Part shown: positions 24,920 through 63,500 of the stretch, one piece after another
Layout: each line of letters starts with the position of its first letter
Position numbering within the stretch: position 1 is the stretch's first letter
The notes under the pieces: generated by a model
The model's input: only the letters and a program-made list of their open reading frames with translations
What the model was told of the DNA's origin: nothing
Database searches by the model: none
Assembly: GCA_964247055.1 (NCBI GenBank)
Contig: OZ176058.1
Span: 1,240,001-1,304,000, forward strand
Direction: 5' to 3'
Length of the DNA stretch: 64,000 nt
Origin: Paragordius varius
Taxonomy: Eukaryota; Animalia; Nematomorpha
Program-made: the position numbers and the translations under genes

Positions 24920-26198
24920 CAGGGATGTCCAAACGGTCTACCGAGGTATACTTCGTGCCCCCAAGATTTAAAAACATTCACGCTTAAAATTTTTTTAAAA
25001 AATGTAAAAAATATTTTATTTTTTTTTTCACAAAATTATAATTTATTTGTATTTGTCCTAGTTAAAATTACCTGTGAAAATTTACATATATATATAAATC
25101 ACATTGATAAATTTTTGCACTTTTCAATCTTTTGGATCCACATATTAATGTGAATCGGCTTTTTCCTACATGAATGTCATTAAAAATAAACAGAGATCAC
25201 GATCAACTTAAAAAAGTTTCAATCTTGCCTAAGAATTGCACATACTTCAACAATTTTGAAATACTTTCTGAATTATGGCATATATTTAGTCTAAGGCCTC
25301 TTTTTATTCCTTTTTATTTAGTGAGAGGACTTAAATTGTATCCGAACATGTGAAGGCTTAAACACTCGCCTCCCAAGGGGTAACTGTGATGATGGAAAAA
25401 TTGCATAGTTTCGGGGATCGAACTTAGGCACGCAGTGTGAAAGGGAGCCTTACCTACTATACCATCACGCCTGAATTATGGCATACCTAATTTTCTCAAA
25501 TAATTTTTTAAATAAACATGAAGTATTTCCACATTTCGTTCTTATGACATGAGGATATTTCTCAACCGAAATTTCAAATGTTAATAATCTATGTTGTTAT
25601 TCAACATCCAAATCTGGCAAATCTGATAGAAAGAATTTTAGTTTAATATTAAACTCATACTATAAAAAGGAGTTACATGGAAATGTATTCGAGTTTAGTT
25701 AGGTAAGGTAACACCAATTCCTTATAACTAAGCTCATAATAACTGCGCCGCGACACTCTTTTAAATTTAATTAAATTTACTATCTTGAAGTATGTGTCCA
25801 TTAAAACCTGGTATATTCAATAATCCATAAAATCTGGTAAATTAAAGATCTAAAAGAGCTTAAAATAAGATTTTTACTTTAAACAACCGAAAGCTGTGGC
25901 AAGTTGTACAGTTAATTATCCATTGTAAATTTAGTTTGAATAATGTATGTTTAACTATTTTTACTAATTGTGGCAATTGAGATGTCTTCTAGTATTTTGT
26001 ATAATTAAGATTCTATATTAAAATAATTACTCAAAAATTATTATATTTTGTACTAATCACCACAATCCGTAAATAAATACATACATATATATATGTGTCA
26101 AAGTAATAAATGAACTTTTAATATACTTAATATTTATACGTGCCTGCGTGAAATTTTTTTTCCCAAAAAAGTAGTCCGTGGGAAAAAAGTTTAGCCTG
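24920..26198 (+). mobile_element. hAT transposon relic
   Basis: Starts CAGGGATGTCCAAAC. About 25130-25200 reads FGSTY*CESAFSYMNVIKNKQRSR (hAT C-terminal dimerisation motif). The right end is degenerate. Confidence 0.6.
25283..25471 (-). mobile_element. tRNA-derived SINE with 15-bp TSD
   Basis: Reverse strand starts GGCGTGATGGTATAGTAGG (A-box-like) and contains GTTCGATCC (B box), ending in an A-rich tail. Direct repeat CTGAATTATGGCATA at 25268-25282 and 25471-25485. Confidence 0.8.
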
Positions 26199-29100
26199 CC
26201 ATATATGTCACATACAAATGTTTAATTTTTCATATTTCGTTTTTAGAAAGAAAAGAGATATTACAAATTGAGGAATCTTTAGGAAATTTAAATTATATAA
26301 AATAAATTTTGGCAAGTCTAATATATATTATATAATAAATTATTAACCTGCATTTACTATATTGAAAAATTTTGAATTATAGCTAGTCCATATTAAAAGA
26401 GTTTTTATATTATTCTGTGTTAAATAGATGACGTATTTAAAAAAATTACTATATTATATTCACAAAATTTTAATTCACAATTTTTTTATTTAATATGTAA
26501 CACGGAAATTCATAAATATAATTTTATTGTTTAAAAAAGAATCATAAAATTTGAATATTATAATAATATGAAATAATAGAAATATTTTGTAATCTTCAGA
26601 TGAGTTATCGATTGATTTTTTAATTTTAGGCTATTAACAATATTTTATTTAACACTTGGATACAACACAAACATAGTCCTTCGTTTCAAATTAAAATAGT
26701 TGGATACCCCAGGCCTGTTTAAAATTTTATTTTTTTAAAAGATATGGAAGGAATCGGACCCATGGCAAAATTTTTAATAAACCGAAATATATAAAAAAAT
26801 TTATTCAAAAATACTCGATATTACTTATTTTGAGCTAAAACTGAAAGGTAAAAATTTAGTCAACAAGACATGTGTCAAATTGTAAAATTAAAAAATAATA
26901 CAAAATAAACCACTTTATCTAAATCTATCAATAAGTTGTTTTAATAGAAAATTTGCTTTAATTCCTTAAATTAAATGAAGACAATATTTTGCAAAGAATT
27001 TGTATAATAAAAATGGCGTCAAAGTAGTTGGACATCGAACATTTTTAAAACCAAATTTTATTTAGATATTTTCATTCATATAAAATTTTATTAGGATAGA
27101 AGCCCAAATTTGGGACCGTTTCCTTCAATAGTTTTTTTAAAATCATAACTTAAATTCAGTCTGGGGTATGTACATATCCCATTTTGAATCGAAGTGTGAA
27201 CATATATTAAATAAAAAAAAAATAATATACCTTTGAATATATATTTTCAATTTTTAAATTCAAACTTTATCGTAATTGAATAAAAATAAAGAACCACGCA
27301 ATTGTTCTTGATTTTTAGCACAAATTATATAAAAATATAAAGAAAAAGACAATTATTTTATATAATACTTTATTAACATTTTCACTTTTATACCCTATTT
27401 TTATACTGTTTTTAATTATTTTAAAAATTATTTATCAAACATTGTTCTCATGTATTAGATAAAAAAAGTTTATAATTTTCACAGTTTTGTGACATCTAGA
27501 TTCCAAAATTGGACAGACCTTCAAAATATAAACGAACAGCTGACATTACAATCATAACATATCAAGATTTGGTTATTAAAATGTAGCCTGAAAGTTTTTT
27601 AAAGTTATTTATTCATTTTCTAACCATGATATACATTTATTATGCTGCACAAGCAATTTAAAAAAACAGAGAAACAAAATGGAGGCAAAAAAGTTTGAGA
27701 TGAGGTTTTTTACAATTTTACATTTTTTAGAAAAAATTATATGATGCGCCTTAAAGGCTTAAGACAGCATATTTTGTGATTCGGCTTAATAGCTTAATAT
27801 ACTTTAAAAATATTTTAATAATTCTCTTAGGTCATGAAATTACCCCTAAAGGTGATGAAATGTCAAATACTTTTTAAAAGATAACTAACTGTATTTGTTA
27901 CCCAAATAAACTATTAAATTAACCATATTAATCTATGTAATTGAGTGTGTTACCAATTTACATCCATGTCCCTTTTTCAACCCTAAATCGATGAATTTTA
28001 TATTAAGTTTAAAAAATGGCTTTAAAAAATATAAATCTTTAAAGTTAAAATTGATAATAAAAATTAAATTTTCTCTAAAAAACACCTTACTAAGCCTTAA
28101 TTCTTACTATATAAACTATAATTGTAGAATATGTAAGTGATTGTGAAACCAATCTACTTCCCTATTTAATACTTTGCAATTTAATAAGCTATATGAAAAT
28201 ATTAGCTAAAACAATGCCGCGGTTTTTGGAAGATTAATGTTTTTTAAATTAATTTTAACTTTTGTCCGTTTAATATCAATTTTTACTTTAACAAACATTA
28301 TAATCCTAAAATATATTAATTTTAGAATACACTAATATAACCCAATAAATAGATGACGCATTCCCCATAAAAAAATTTTTTATATTCGTTAAACCTATAT
28401 TTTTTAATATATAGCATCCATATAATTTCAAAAAAGGAAATTGAATTCTGTCCTGATACGAGATAGTTAACTATATTATATCCTAAATATTTGATTGATT
28501 GGCAATAATATATCATAAGTTAAATTCAAACTTTTAAAATAAATATTATTTTATATAAAAGAGACATGTTATGGATACTTTCATTTTGGCCTACCTTTGC
28601 ATTTCATAGTCATATTACCTTCCATCAAGACTTTATTAAAGGAAAATTTAAAATATGACATTTAGTGTTGGCATTTAACTGTTTTTTCAAAAAAGTCCGG
28701 TCCTGGTCATGACTATATTTTAATTAATTAAATATAATCTATTAGATTGTGAAAATAATGTTCGAACGACACTTGCGTTTCACTAAAAATGTCATGTTTT
28801 TTCTTAATTTGTATTAGACATTTTTTTTGATAAATGATTTTTGCCACATATTTGTGGCCTTCTGAATCTTTAAATATATAGCTATAAATACTGGATAACA
28901 TATAAAATTTTACTTATTTGTTTACACCTTCTTTCATCATTGAAATATCCAATTATAAAATGTTTTTTTTATTTTATTGGTTCACATATATGGAATAATT
29001 GCATATTCTGCTCAGTGATTGAATGTTTTGTTTTTCTAGCTTAAATGCTAAAAACAATTTTTAATATATTGTGTAATAAGCATATTTAAGCATTAAATAT

Positions 29101-29280
29101 ATTTTCTAAAAAATTTAATAAACAATAAAGTCATCTAACTAACTCGATTTCAAAAAACCTACTAGCAATTTTTCAAAAACTGTCTTTTTAAATGACCATG
29201 GTAAAAAATAAATAGTCACTGACCTAGTCATGACCTGATCATGTTTTTAAAATGACAGTGTTTATACCAGGTGGTGTGAG

Positions 29281-30105
29281 GCGCGTTTTTGCTTTAGACT
29301 CATCAGTTGTACCTAAAATAAACACGGATTGTCAGTTATTTATGATTCTGATATACTGAGTATTTAAGTTTTTAGGACCAGATGTAGTTGGTTAAGTAAG
29401 AACTTCATAGAGGTCACCGATTGTATTATTATCAAACCAATTATCATATCTCCTTTTAATCCATAAGTCAGGATTGGGCTTATATAATTAGGAAATCACA
29501 AATTTGTTGGCAGAAAACGTCAACTTTATATATATATATACATGTTTTGAAGATTATTTTGTTAGCTTACATTTGGATTTAGATGTCTAGGTCAATTCCT
29601 TTCAAGCAATAAGTTATTTTATAAAACAAAATTTCTAAGAGGGCAATATTTTTCACGGGTTATAGTGCAAGATGCGTTTCGTCCTTGTTCTGGACTCATT
29701 ATCCACAAATTGAATACGGGTGTCAGTTAGGATTTTTTATAGATACTGAGAGTTTTTAAGACCAGATGTAGTTTGTTAAGTAAAAACAGAGAATTTAAAG
29801 CCCAGAGATGTCAAACGATTGTTCTACTATCAAACCAATTATCATATATCCTTTTAATCCATAAGTCAGGATGGGGGGCTTATATAATTAGGAAATCACG
29901 AATTTGTTGGCAGAAAACGTCAACTTTTTATTAAATATATAGATATATACGTGTTATGAAGATTATTTTCTTAGCCTACCTTTCCATTTAGACTAGTACT
30001 TCCTTTCAAGCAATAAGTTTTATATAACAAAATTTCTAAAAGGGCAGGATTTTTCATGGGTTATAGTTCAAGACGCGTTTCGCCCTTGTTCTGGACTCAT
30101 CCACA
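29281..30105 (-). ncRNA. Tandem ~400-bp repeat with three degenerate type-I hammerhead ribozyme motifs (retrozyme / Penelope-like)
   Basis: Two similar monomers (about 29331-29700 and 29721-30100). GACTCAT anchors at 29297, 29693 and 30094. Minus-strand motifs CAACTGATGAG, GAGTCC-AGAACAA-GGAC-GAAAC and GAAACGCGTC-TTGAAC. Confidence 0.7.
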
Positions 30106-32676
30106 CATAATAAACACGATTTTTGTTTTTTAAAGGCACCTGCCTCTTGCTTGATAGGAACTACTATGACTTCCAAATGCCAAGGTAGGCTAAGAAAATA
30201 ATAACCATGACACGTTTTATATTTAATATAAAGATGGCGTTTTAATCATCCTTATAATAATTAGTAATTAATTTTTATATTTTAATTACCCATTCATTAC
30301 CTATAAAGGTATTTCTTTAAATGCCAGAACGATTTAAAACTTGAATTTTCAATCAAAGTATTTAAGGTATTATGCCGAAAAAAATAAAATATCCCTTCTA
30401 TCCATCCTCGTCGCCAAATAAGATATAGAACGGTATAATGTTATTAAACGCATTATACAAATTTTTTTTTGCAATAAATCTAAAATTGTCATTTCAAACT
30501 TTTTTGCCACCATTATTTTCTTATAAATTTTTATTAAATTGCCAATGCAACAGGTATATAAAAGTATATAATTATAAGAAAATGTACACATTAACAAGTT
30601 TTCAATTTTAATAGCAAAAACTTGATATATTTTGATTTTAATATCAGCTGTTGGTTTTAATCATGTTTTGAAGGTGTCTCAATTTTAAACTCTAGAAGAC
30701 ACAAATAATTATAAGCTTTTTTTATTTGATAAACAATGTTTTATAAAATTTAACTATAATAACTTTCAAAACTGTTGTTTATTAACAAAATTTAGCTTTA
30801 GTATATAAAACTGCCTTAAAAGGTAAACTAGGACAAAAACGTCAAAAGGTCACAAAGTTTTAAAATATTTAAATATATAATACATAAAGCTATGATGCTA
30901 AAGATTAATATTATGCGGGCAAAAATAATTAAAAAACAAATATTATTTTAGTAATTATTTAAAAATGTTATTTTTATTATATATTTATTTTAATCAGTTT
31001 AAATTATTTAAAAAACAGGCTTAATTTATTTTTTTTCTATCAAAAGTCTAAATAAGTTAATTTATATTAAAATTAAAAAAAAATAAAAAAATCTTTTTAT
31101 TAGAAACATATCCTATATCTTTTAATTTTTTGCCATCTGTATTAATTGAATTTCTAAAATAAAAAGATATGTAATTACTTTTTACTGTTGTGCTGCCTTA
31201 TTTTGTTGTTATTTACTTACGTTTTTATAAGGCAAAAAAAATAAAAAATAAAAATAAAACGTAATACAGGTAAAAAAAACAGGTAAATAAAAAATCGTAA
31301 AATATACTTTCTTCTCTTGTACTTTTTTTTCTTTTTATACATTTTTTATGTAAGAATAACTTTTATATTTAAAATAAATCTTTATAATACATTTATATTA
31401 TATATATTGTTTTCAAAAATTTGCTCAAACAATTGAATTCAAAGAATGGGAATATACGTTAGAATTCAAATTTCATTTGAAAAGTAATGTATTTCGCTTT
31501 CACTGATGAAATAAATTTGATATATTTAAAAAAATATATTCCTTCTGTAATATCAGATATTCTGAAATATATTATGAATACCAAAAATCCCGAAATTTAA
31601 TTAAATACATACAGGTATAATACTACATTTTATAATTCTTTAATTATTTTTTAAAAAAAGAATTATAAACCATCGTATACAAATTCGACCTGTGTCTTAA
31701 ATTTTATATTTGTAGATTTTTTGTTTCCAACATTTAAAAACTTGAGATTACCATTTACACCTCAAATTCACCCTTGAACAATTCAAAATCACCCTTGAAC
31801 GTTTAAATTCACCCTAAAAAGTGTTTTTTAAGATTAAAAATTACCCGTATTCTTACATATATAAAATGAAATTTTAAAATTAAAATTATACTGAAAAATC
31901 AATAAACTCTGCCATAAGGATATATTTTTCATATTAATAATGAGTTATAATAGTTCAAAAAAATATAATTTATTTTCAGGGTGAATTTGAATCATCCAAG
32001 GGGGACTTTGAAATGTAAATGGTATATGATCCCATAATGTTAAGATCATATTTTTTTTCATTAACAAATGCATCAATTCACCTTTATATATATGAATAAA
32101 GTAGTTAAATATTTTTATCATGTCATAAACACTTTAAATAAGCTTAATTCTACAAATTTTTTCAATATTTCAAAAATTATGTATCTTTTGTAACAATGTG
32201 GTTACTTTTCATGGCTTAAGGCTATTAGATTACAAATGCATCTCTTAAATAATATCAATATGAGCTTTTTTCGTCTAAAAATTAGTTTGTACAACGGTGA
32301 GTTTAGAGAAATAGATATAAAATTTGGCATGTATGAATATGCATCATAAAATTCACAAAGAGCAGAATATTTCCATAATATATTTATTTTGATTTTATGG
32401 AAAAAAAATGATTTCAATACCGATTTCAAAAAAATTAATCAGATTTTAATGGTTGTCTCCAATCTATTTTTAATAATTATCATATATTTTTAAAACCTTT
32501 CTATTTACTCAGTGTGTGCATTAAAATTAATATTTTTACTCCTTTTACCCAATTAATGATACTTTCACTAGTTTTCAATTTTCTTATTGAAATATTTAGA
32601 TTATCCGGACAAAAAAAGGCATTATAAAAGATAGATTCTAATAAACGCTAATTTGATAAAGCCCTTCTTGTATAAT

Positions 32677-57568
<24,892 letters not shown>

Positions 57569-59551
57569 AATAGATAGAATTATAAAAATATTAATATATT
57601 TGCCATTTTTTAACAAAGTTTTTTGACAAATTGCAAAGCATAGCATAATTTTGAACGTGAAACCTTGAAAAAAAGGTGCCAGTGAGATGGTATCAAAACC
57701 TCAAATCAAATTTTTTTAATTTATATATATATACTACCAAAATATTACAGTATGAGTAAGTAACATTGCTAGTTTTTCATTAACCATTACCAGATATTAT
57801 ATAAATCAATACACCATTTACAGTTCAAATTTTCCCTCGAACAATTCAAATTCACCCTAAAAATAAATTATGTGTTTTCGAACTAAAAAACCTCATTATT
57901 GATATGAAATATAATTTGGCTTAGTATTTTTTCAATATTATTTTAATTTAGCACAAAATTTTTTAATTTACAAAAAATATACGTAGTTTTTAATTAAAAA
58001 CATATGGTGAATTTAAATCGTTCGAATGTGAATGTAATTGTTCTAGGGTTTTCAATAGCTTAAGGGTGACTTTGAATTTTTTCGAGGGTGAAAATTGCCT
58101 GATAGTTATGGCTTTACTGTTTTTAACCAATTATAAATTTTAACTGCATATGATATCTGACATATTTAAAAAAATATAGCAATATTTTACTCATACTGTA
58201 TATTCATATTTTATAATCCTACCCATCTCACTCTAATATCTACAAGTCATTTTTACCAATTTTTTTATACTTGTTTTTTTCTTATAAAATTATATTTATT
58301 CATCTTTTTATAAAGTTCTAATATACCATTCATTTATAGATATATATTATAGATTGAATATGCATTAAGCAATAAATTTTTATATTATATTTTTTTATAT
58401 TTTTTATAGTATGCAGAATTAAAGATATAATTAAAGTTATTTATAAACAAAGGTGCTTTCACAAACGAAATTCTCCATTAATATTTTACATTAAATATTA
58501 ATGTGAAACGGACAAAACGTTAAAATATAACAATTTTTTTTTCAAAAGATAACCATACTTTTTCAAAAGTTTATCCTATTAATATCAATAACAATCGTAA
58601 AATAAGCAATTAATTTCCATTATATATCTCTATACTATACTATGAGTTTAAAACAATTATATATTTTTAAAAAAATCAAGTTTTAAAAAGTATGATTGAA
58701 TTTTAGAAAAAATTATCTCTGTATTTTTTTACATAGGCTAATAATTCCAATTTTGTATAATATAGTTCAGGGTAATTATCAATATACAACAATTCTAATC
58801 CTTATTTAGCAAACCCAATAAGTTATTAATTAAAATCAGTAAAATATATGACTGCTTTAAAAATAAATGTGCTTATTTTTTAAGTTTTACATGTTAAATT
58901 ATAATCTTTACACTGTATTATAAAATAGATAAAAATAGCATTTTAATCTTTAAAATAAATTTTAATAGACTAGTTTTGTCATGTCCGGCGCTGCGACTTA
59001 TTCGAAATTAAATTTTTTGGGTTTCAATATATTATATTTTTATACCTCAGTAAAAACTGGACAAAACCGTGACAAATAAAAATGTTATAAATTTTTTATA
59101 TATTTATCTATCTCTATATGTATGTGCTCTATAAACGTTATTTATTAATTTTGTGGACATGATTTAGTAATATATTTAAATCATGTATCAAACTAAAAGA
59201 ATTTCACTGTATAATTAGAATTAAAAGTGAAAAATTTAGGTATGAAAAAAATGGTTGTTTGACACAATAAATATTAGTCTTTATTTTACGTATTGTCCGT
59301 GTAATTTTAATTTTTACTGCAAAATATTATTTCAAAAAAGTTATTAGGTATCCAGGATTCTCTAGCAAACTCAAAAATCTTAACATAAAATTAAAATTTA
59401 CATTCAAATTTTTATATTATATTTATAGAGATCTATAAATATAATATAAAAATAAATTTTAAAATTAAAATTTTATCAATTAGAATATATGATCTCCATA
59501 TAAATAATTTTTATTTCGAATAAAAAAATCAAATAATTTAAGTGTAGTGTT

Positions 59552-59555
<4 letters not shown>

Positions 59556-59595
<40 letters not shown>

Positions 59596-59842
59596 AAATA
59601 GGATAAAATTATATATAATTTTATTAATAAAATTATTATAAAATTATACAAATATAAAATTTTATATTTTTTAAAAAGTCAATATCCAGGATTCAAACGA
59701 AACATTTCACATTTATATAAAACTTATATATTAACAATATTATATCTGTAATTATGAATTTTTTTTAATAAATTAATCATGTAACCACAATTTATTAATA
59801 TTATAAAATTTTAGATTTCTAATCAATAATTAAATTTATCTC

Positions 59843-59879
<37 letters not shown>

Positions 59880-60123
59880 TTAGATTCACCCTTGAACAAT
59901 TAAATTTACTGGGAAATAATTTACTTTTAAGATTAAAAATAACCTTTTTTTTATTTTAAAATAAATTAAAATCTTTGTTTTAAAATTAAAATAATATTTA
60001 ATAAATAATAAACGATGCTATAAAGATATATTTTATATTAATGTTTTTATTTCTATAAATCTGAAAAACATAATTTATAATTATAGAATCTCAATATGAA
60101 AATATATAATTAAACTTTACGTA

Positions 60124-60163
<40 letters not shown>
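59556..60163. repeat. Cluster of (TA)n microsatellites
   Basis: Long TA runs at about 59556-59591, 59846-59877 and 60128-60162. Others occur at about 2296-2323, 14910-14937, 19730-19762, 20460-20483, 43378-43398 and 56925-56948. Confidence 0.9.
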
Positions 60164-60166
<3 letters not shown>

Positions 60167-60247
60167 AAATTAATTTTTATAATCATAGGATTTCAATATT
60201 GTTAGGCAAATTTGAAAGATATACTTTATTTTTATAATATTTTTCTG

Positions 60248-60510
60248 TGTTATATGCAAATGTGATATACATACTTTGGTTATATATTATAACTTTAACC
60301 CCTTATTTGAATTGTATTATTTTTGATATTTTTTGTGTTATATGTAAATACACAACCTTTGTTACTTGGAATTTTATTGATATAATGCAAATCATGGACA
60401 GTTAAAATTGCTATATATACACCTTAAAAAAACCAAATAAATAGTTCAGTTCATTTCACATTTCTTTTATTATCTCTTATCTTAAAAGATAAAATTGGTG
60501 GCAATTCGAG
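60248..60510 (+). promoter_or_regulatory. Candidate 5' LTR and primer-binding site of the Gypsy element
   Basis: TGTTATAT start, AATAAA near 60437, and TGGTGGC at 60496 just upstream of gag. The LTR end lacks a clean CA and there is no second LTR in the window for comparison. Confidence 0.35.
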
Positions 60511-60560
60511 TACCGAACTAAGCTAGTGCTAGTGGAGGTCTTACTGATACCCAATCGAAC

Positions 60561-63500
60561 ATGACAACGCCAATCAATCTCGCTAACCTATGCATCGAAA
60601 AATATAATGATAATATTAAGTTTGAGGAATACGTTGAGTATATGACAAATGTTATGGAGGCAAAAGATATCCCTGTAACAGAACAAGCCCTCAAAACAAC
60701 CTTGCTTGCGTATGGAGGTCTAATGGTGGTACGCAAAATCAACCAACGACTCTATCCGAAAAAGATAAAAGATGCAGAATGGACCGAGATAATGGCAACG
60801 GGTTTAAAGGTATTCAATCCCACAAAGTCGAAATTCCAAAGCAGATTTGAGTTTTTCCGACTTGTGCGGAACAACACCGAATCGTTTACCCAATTTCTAG
60901 AACGGGTAAAAATCGCAGCCGAAGAGGCAAAATTTAAGGATTCAATAGAGGAACGGATTCGAGATGCCTTCGTCATTGGGTTACGGCAACCACAATTGGA
61001 AATTGACATACATTCAAGGTATCCCGATGCCGAGATCAACGGACAACCCGTGCCTCTAGAAACGATAGTGGATCTCGCACTAGCACACGAGGCTGCCAGG
61101 GCTGGCCTTCATAACAATAATGATAATACCAATTATAATAATGGTAGTAATTTAAATCGATTACAACACACCAATAATAATAACAAGGCCATGCGTTCAC
61201 GACAGCCAACAGCAAAACCCCTAACACATTCGTGCAATCGTTGTGGTAATAGCCATGGACCAAACAAATGTCCTGCCTGGAACCGCAATTGCAATAAATG
61301 CGGAAAACCTCATCACTTCGCAAAAATGTGTAGATCAAAAAACACTGCCAAAAATTTGTTCAACCGCCAGATCCATAGAAAAGCAATGCCAACCTCACCA
61401 TGGACCGTAAAAATAATGATAAACAACACAGAACAAACGTTTATCTATGATACTGGAGCTGACATCAGTGTTATCAGCTTTGACACCTGGAAACAAGTTG
61501 GCAAGCCAAATATTAGACCCATACCGCCAGTAAAAGCCTACAATAATAGCATAGTACCTCTACTGGGCGTAACAACAGTCACAGTGCAAATCAATGGGCA
61601 AAACTTGGGGAACGCAGAATGTTGTGTATTGAAAGAAAAAATGTCAAAGGCACCGCTCATTTGTGGCTTGGATTGGATCACGAGATTTAACATCGACATT
61701 CCTAAAGTACGAATTAACTTTCTTAAACTTGATAAAATTATTGAAAATTTCCCTAATCTATTTAAAGAGGAATTAGGTTGTTACATTGAGCCAGTTACAA
61801 TTCATATAGCACCCAATGCCTCCCCCAAAGTTTGGCCTTGCCGCCGAGTACCGTTTCCCCTAAGAGCAAAAGTTGAAAATGAATTACTAAGATTACAAAA
61901 GTTAGACATTTTGGAGCCGATAGATCCCAACCTTACACCTCTGACATGGGCCACGCCCACCGTTAATGTGCTCAAAGCGAATGGAGAGGTAAGAATTTGC
62001 AGCGATTTTAGAGTTACCATCAACAAGTGGCTCACTGAGGACTCTCATATCATTCCAACGTTTGATGATTTAGTGAGTAAGATTGGCGAAGGCCAAGTTT
62101 TCACTAAGATTGACTTGAAAGATGCCTATCTACAAATGCCCATAACCAAAGAATCACAAGATCTCTTGACAATTGCGACTCACAAAGGATTTTTTCGCTA
62201 CAAAAGGATGCCTTTCGGACTGTCAACAGAACCAATAATTTTCCAACGAGTCATGGACCAGGTTATAAAAGATTGTCCCGGCACTTGTGCATATTTAGAT
62301 GATGTTTTAGTAACTGGCAAATCTGAAGAGGAACATTTAATAAATCTTAATAATGTTTTAAATCGGTTAGAATTAGCAGGTTTTAGATTAAGAAAAGATA
62401 AAATAAAAATTGGTGAACCTTCAGTAAGTTATCTGGGATTTGAAATAAGTAATAAAGGTATAAGTCCTTGCAAGAATAAAGTAAAAGCAATCAATGATTT
62501 TAAAAAACCTGTGGATAAAAAATCTTTAAGAAGTTTTCTAGGATTTTTGACGTTTCATGAAAGATTTATACCCAAGCTTCAATTGATTGTAAGTGACTTA
62601 CATAGTTTAACAAGTAAGAACGTTAGATGGAACTGGTCGGAAAAACATGAGAATTGTTGGAAAGCCGCTAAGGAATTATTAAGTGAACAAGTATTTTTAA
62701 CACCATACAATCCGGATAGAAAGTTAGTAATTGAAACCGATGCCTCAGATATAGGGTTTGGATGTATTCTAAGTCATGTTGTAAATGGTGAAAGGAAACC
62801 CATTGCCTATGGTTCAAGAAAATGTAGTACCGCAGAATCGAACTACTCCACGATAGAAAAGGAATTAAAGGCTATTGTTTTTGCATTAGAAAAGTTCCAC
62901 AACTTCATTTATGGTAGAAAGTTTGAAATTTTGACAGACCACTTACCACTTGTGAGGTTAATAAATAGGGATAGAAATTTGAAAGAAATACAAAATGCGA
63001 AAATTTTAAGATGGGTGAACCGTTTGAATGATTATGACTTTGAACTTAGTTATCAGGCGGGTCCCAAAAATAGAGCTGATTACTTATCAAGATGTCCCAG
63101 TGATGATAATGTCGACACAATCGATAGAGATTACATGGTAACTAGATATCTTAGGTTTCTTAATTGTCATAACGTTCAGTTAAGTCGCGATGAAATTCGG
63201 AGAGAAACGGTTAAAGATAAAATTTTGCAGAAAGTAATTAAGGCGATTCATAACCAAGATTGGAGTGATGTTGAGTTGGCTGGGTTTACGAATCGGAAGG
63301 GAGAGATTTCGTACCAATACGGATTGGTCAGTTTAAACGATCGAATTATCATTCCAGAAAGCTTACAGTCAAACGTGGTCAACTACTTACACAGCGGGCA
63401 CAATAACGTAGAAACAATGAAAGCAATGGCAAGGTTCACTTGTTTTTGGCCGAAATTAGAGAACGATTTGGTAAGAAGATACAGTGAGTGTAGTGCATGT

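Noticed and set aside
25400-25471. tRNA gene
   Set aside because: It has A and B boxes but no convincing cloverleaf or acceptor stem, and it continues into a SINE body flanked by a TSD.
30400-30416. TGGCGACGAGGA, a Gypsy PBS-like motif on the minus strand
   Set aside because: No recognisable LTR or gag follows, and 12 bp alone is insufficient.
58965-59150. Possible second Helitron-type 5' end (ACTAG...CCGGCGCTGCG)
   Set aside because: No matching hairpin-CTRR end was found and there is no second copy in the window.
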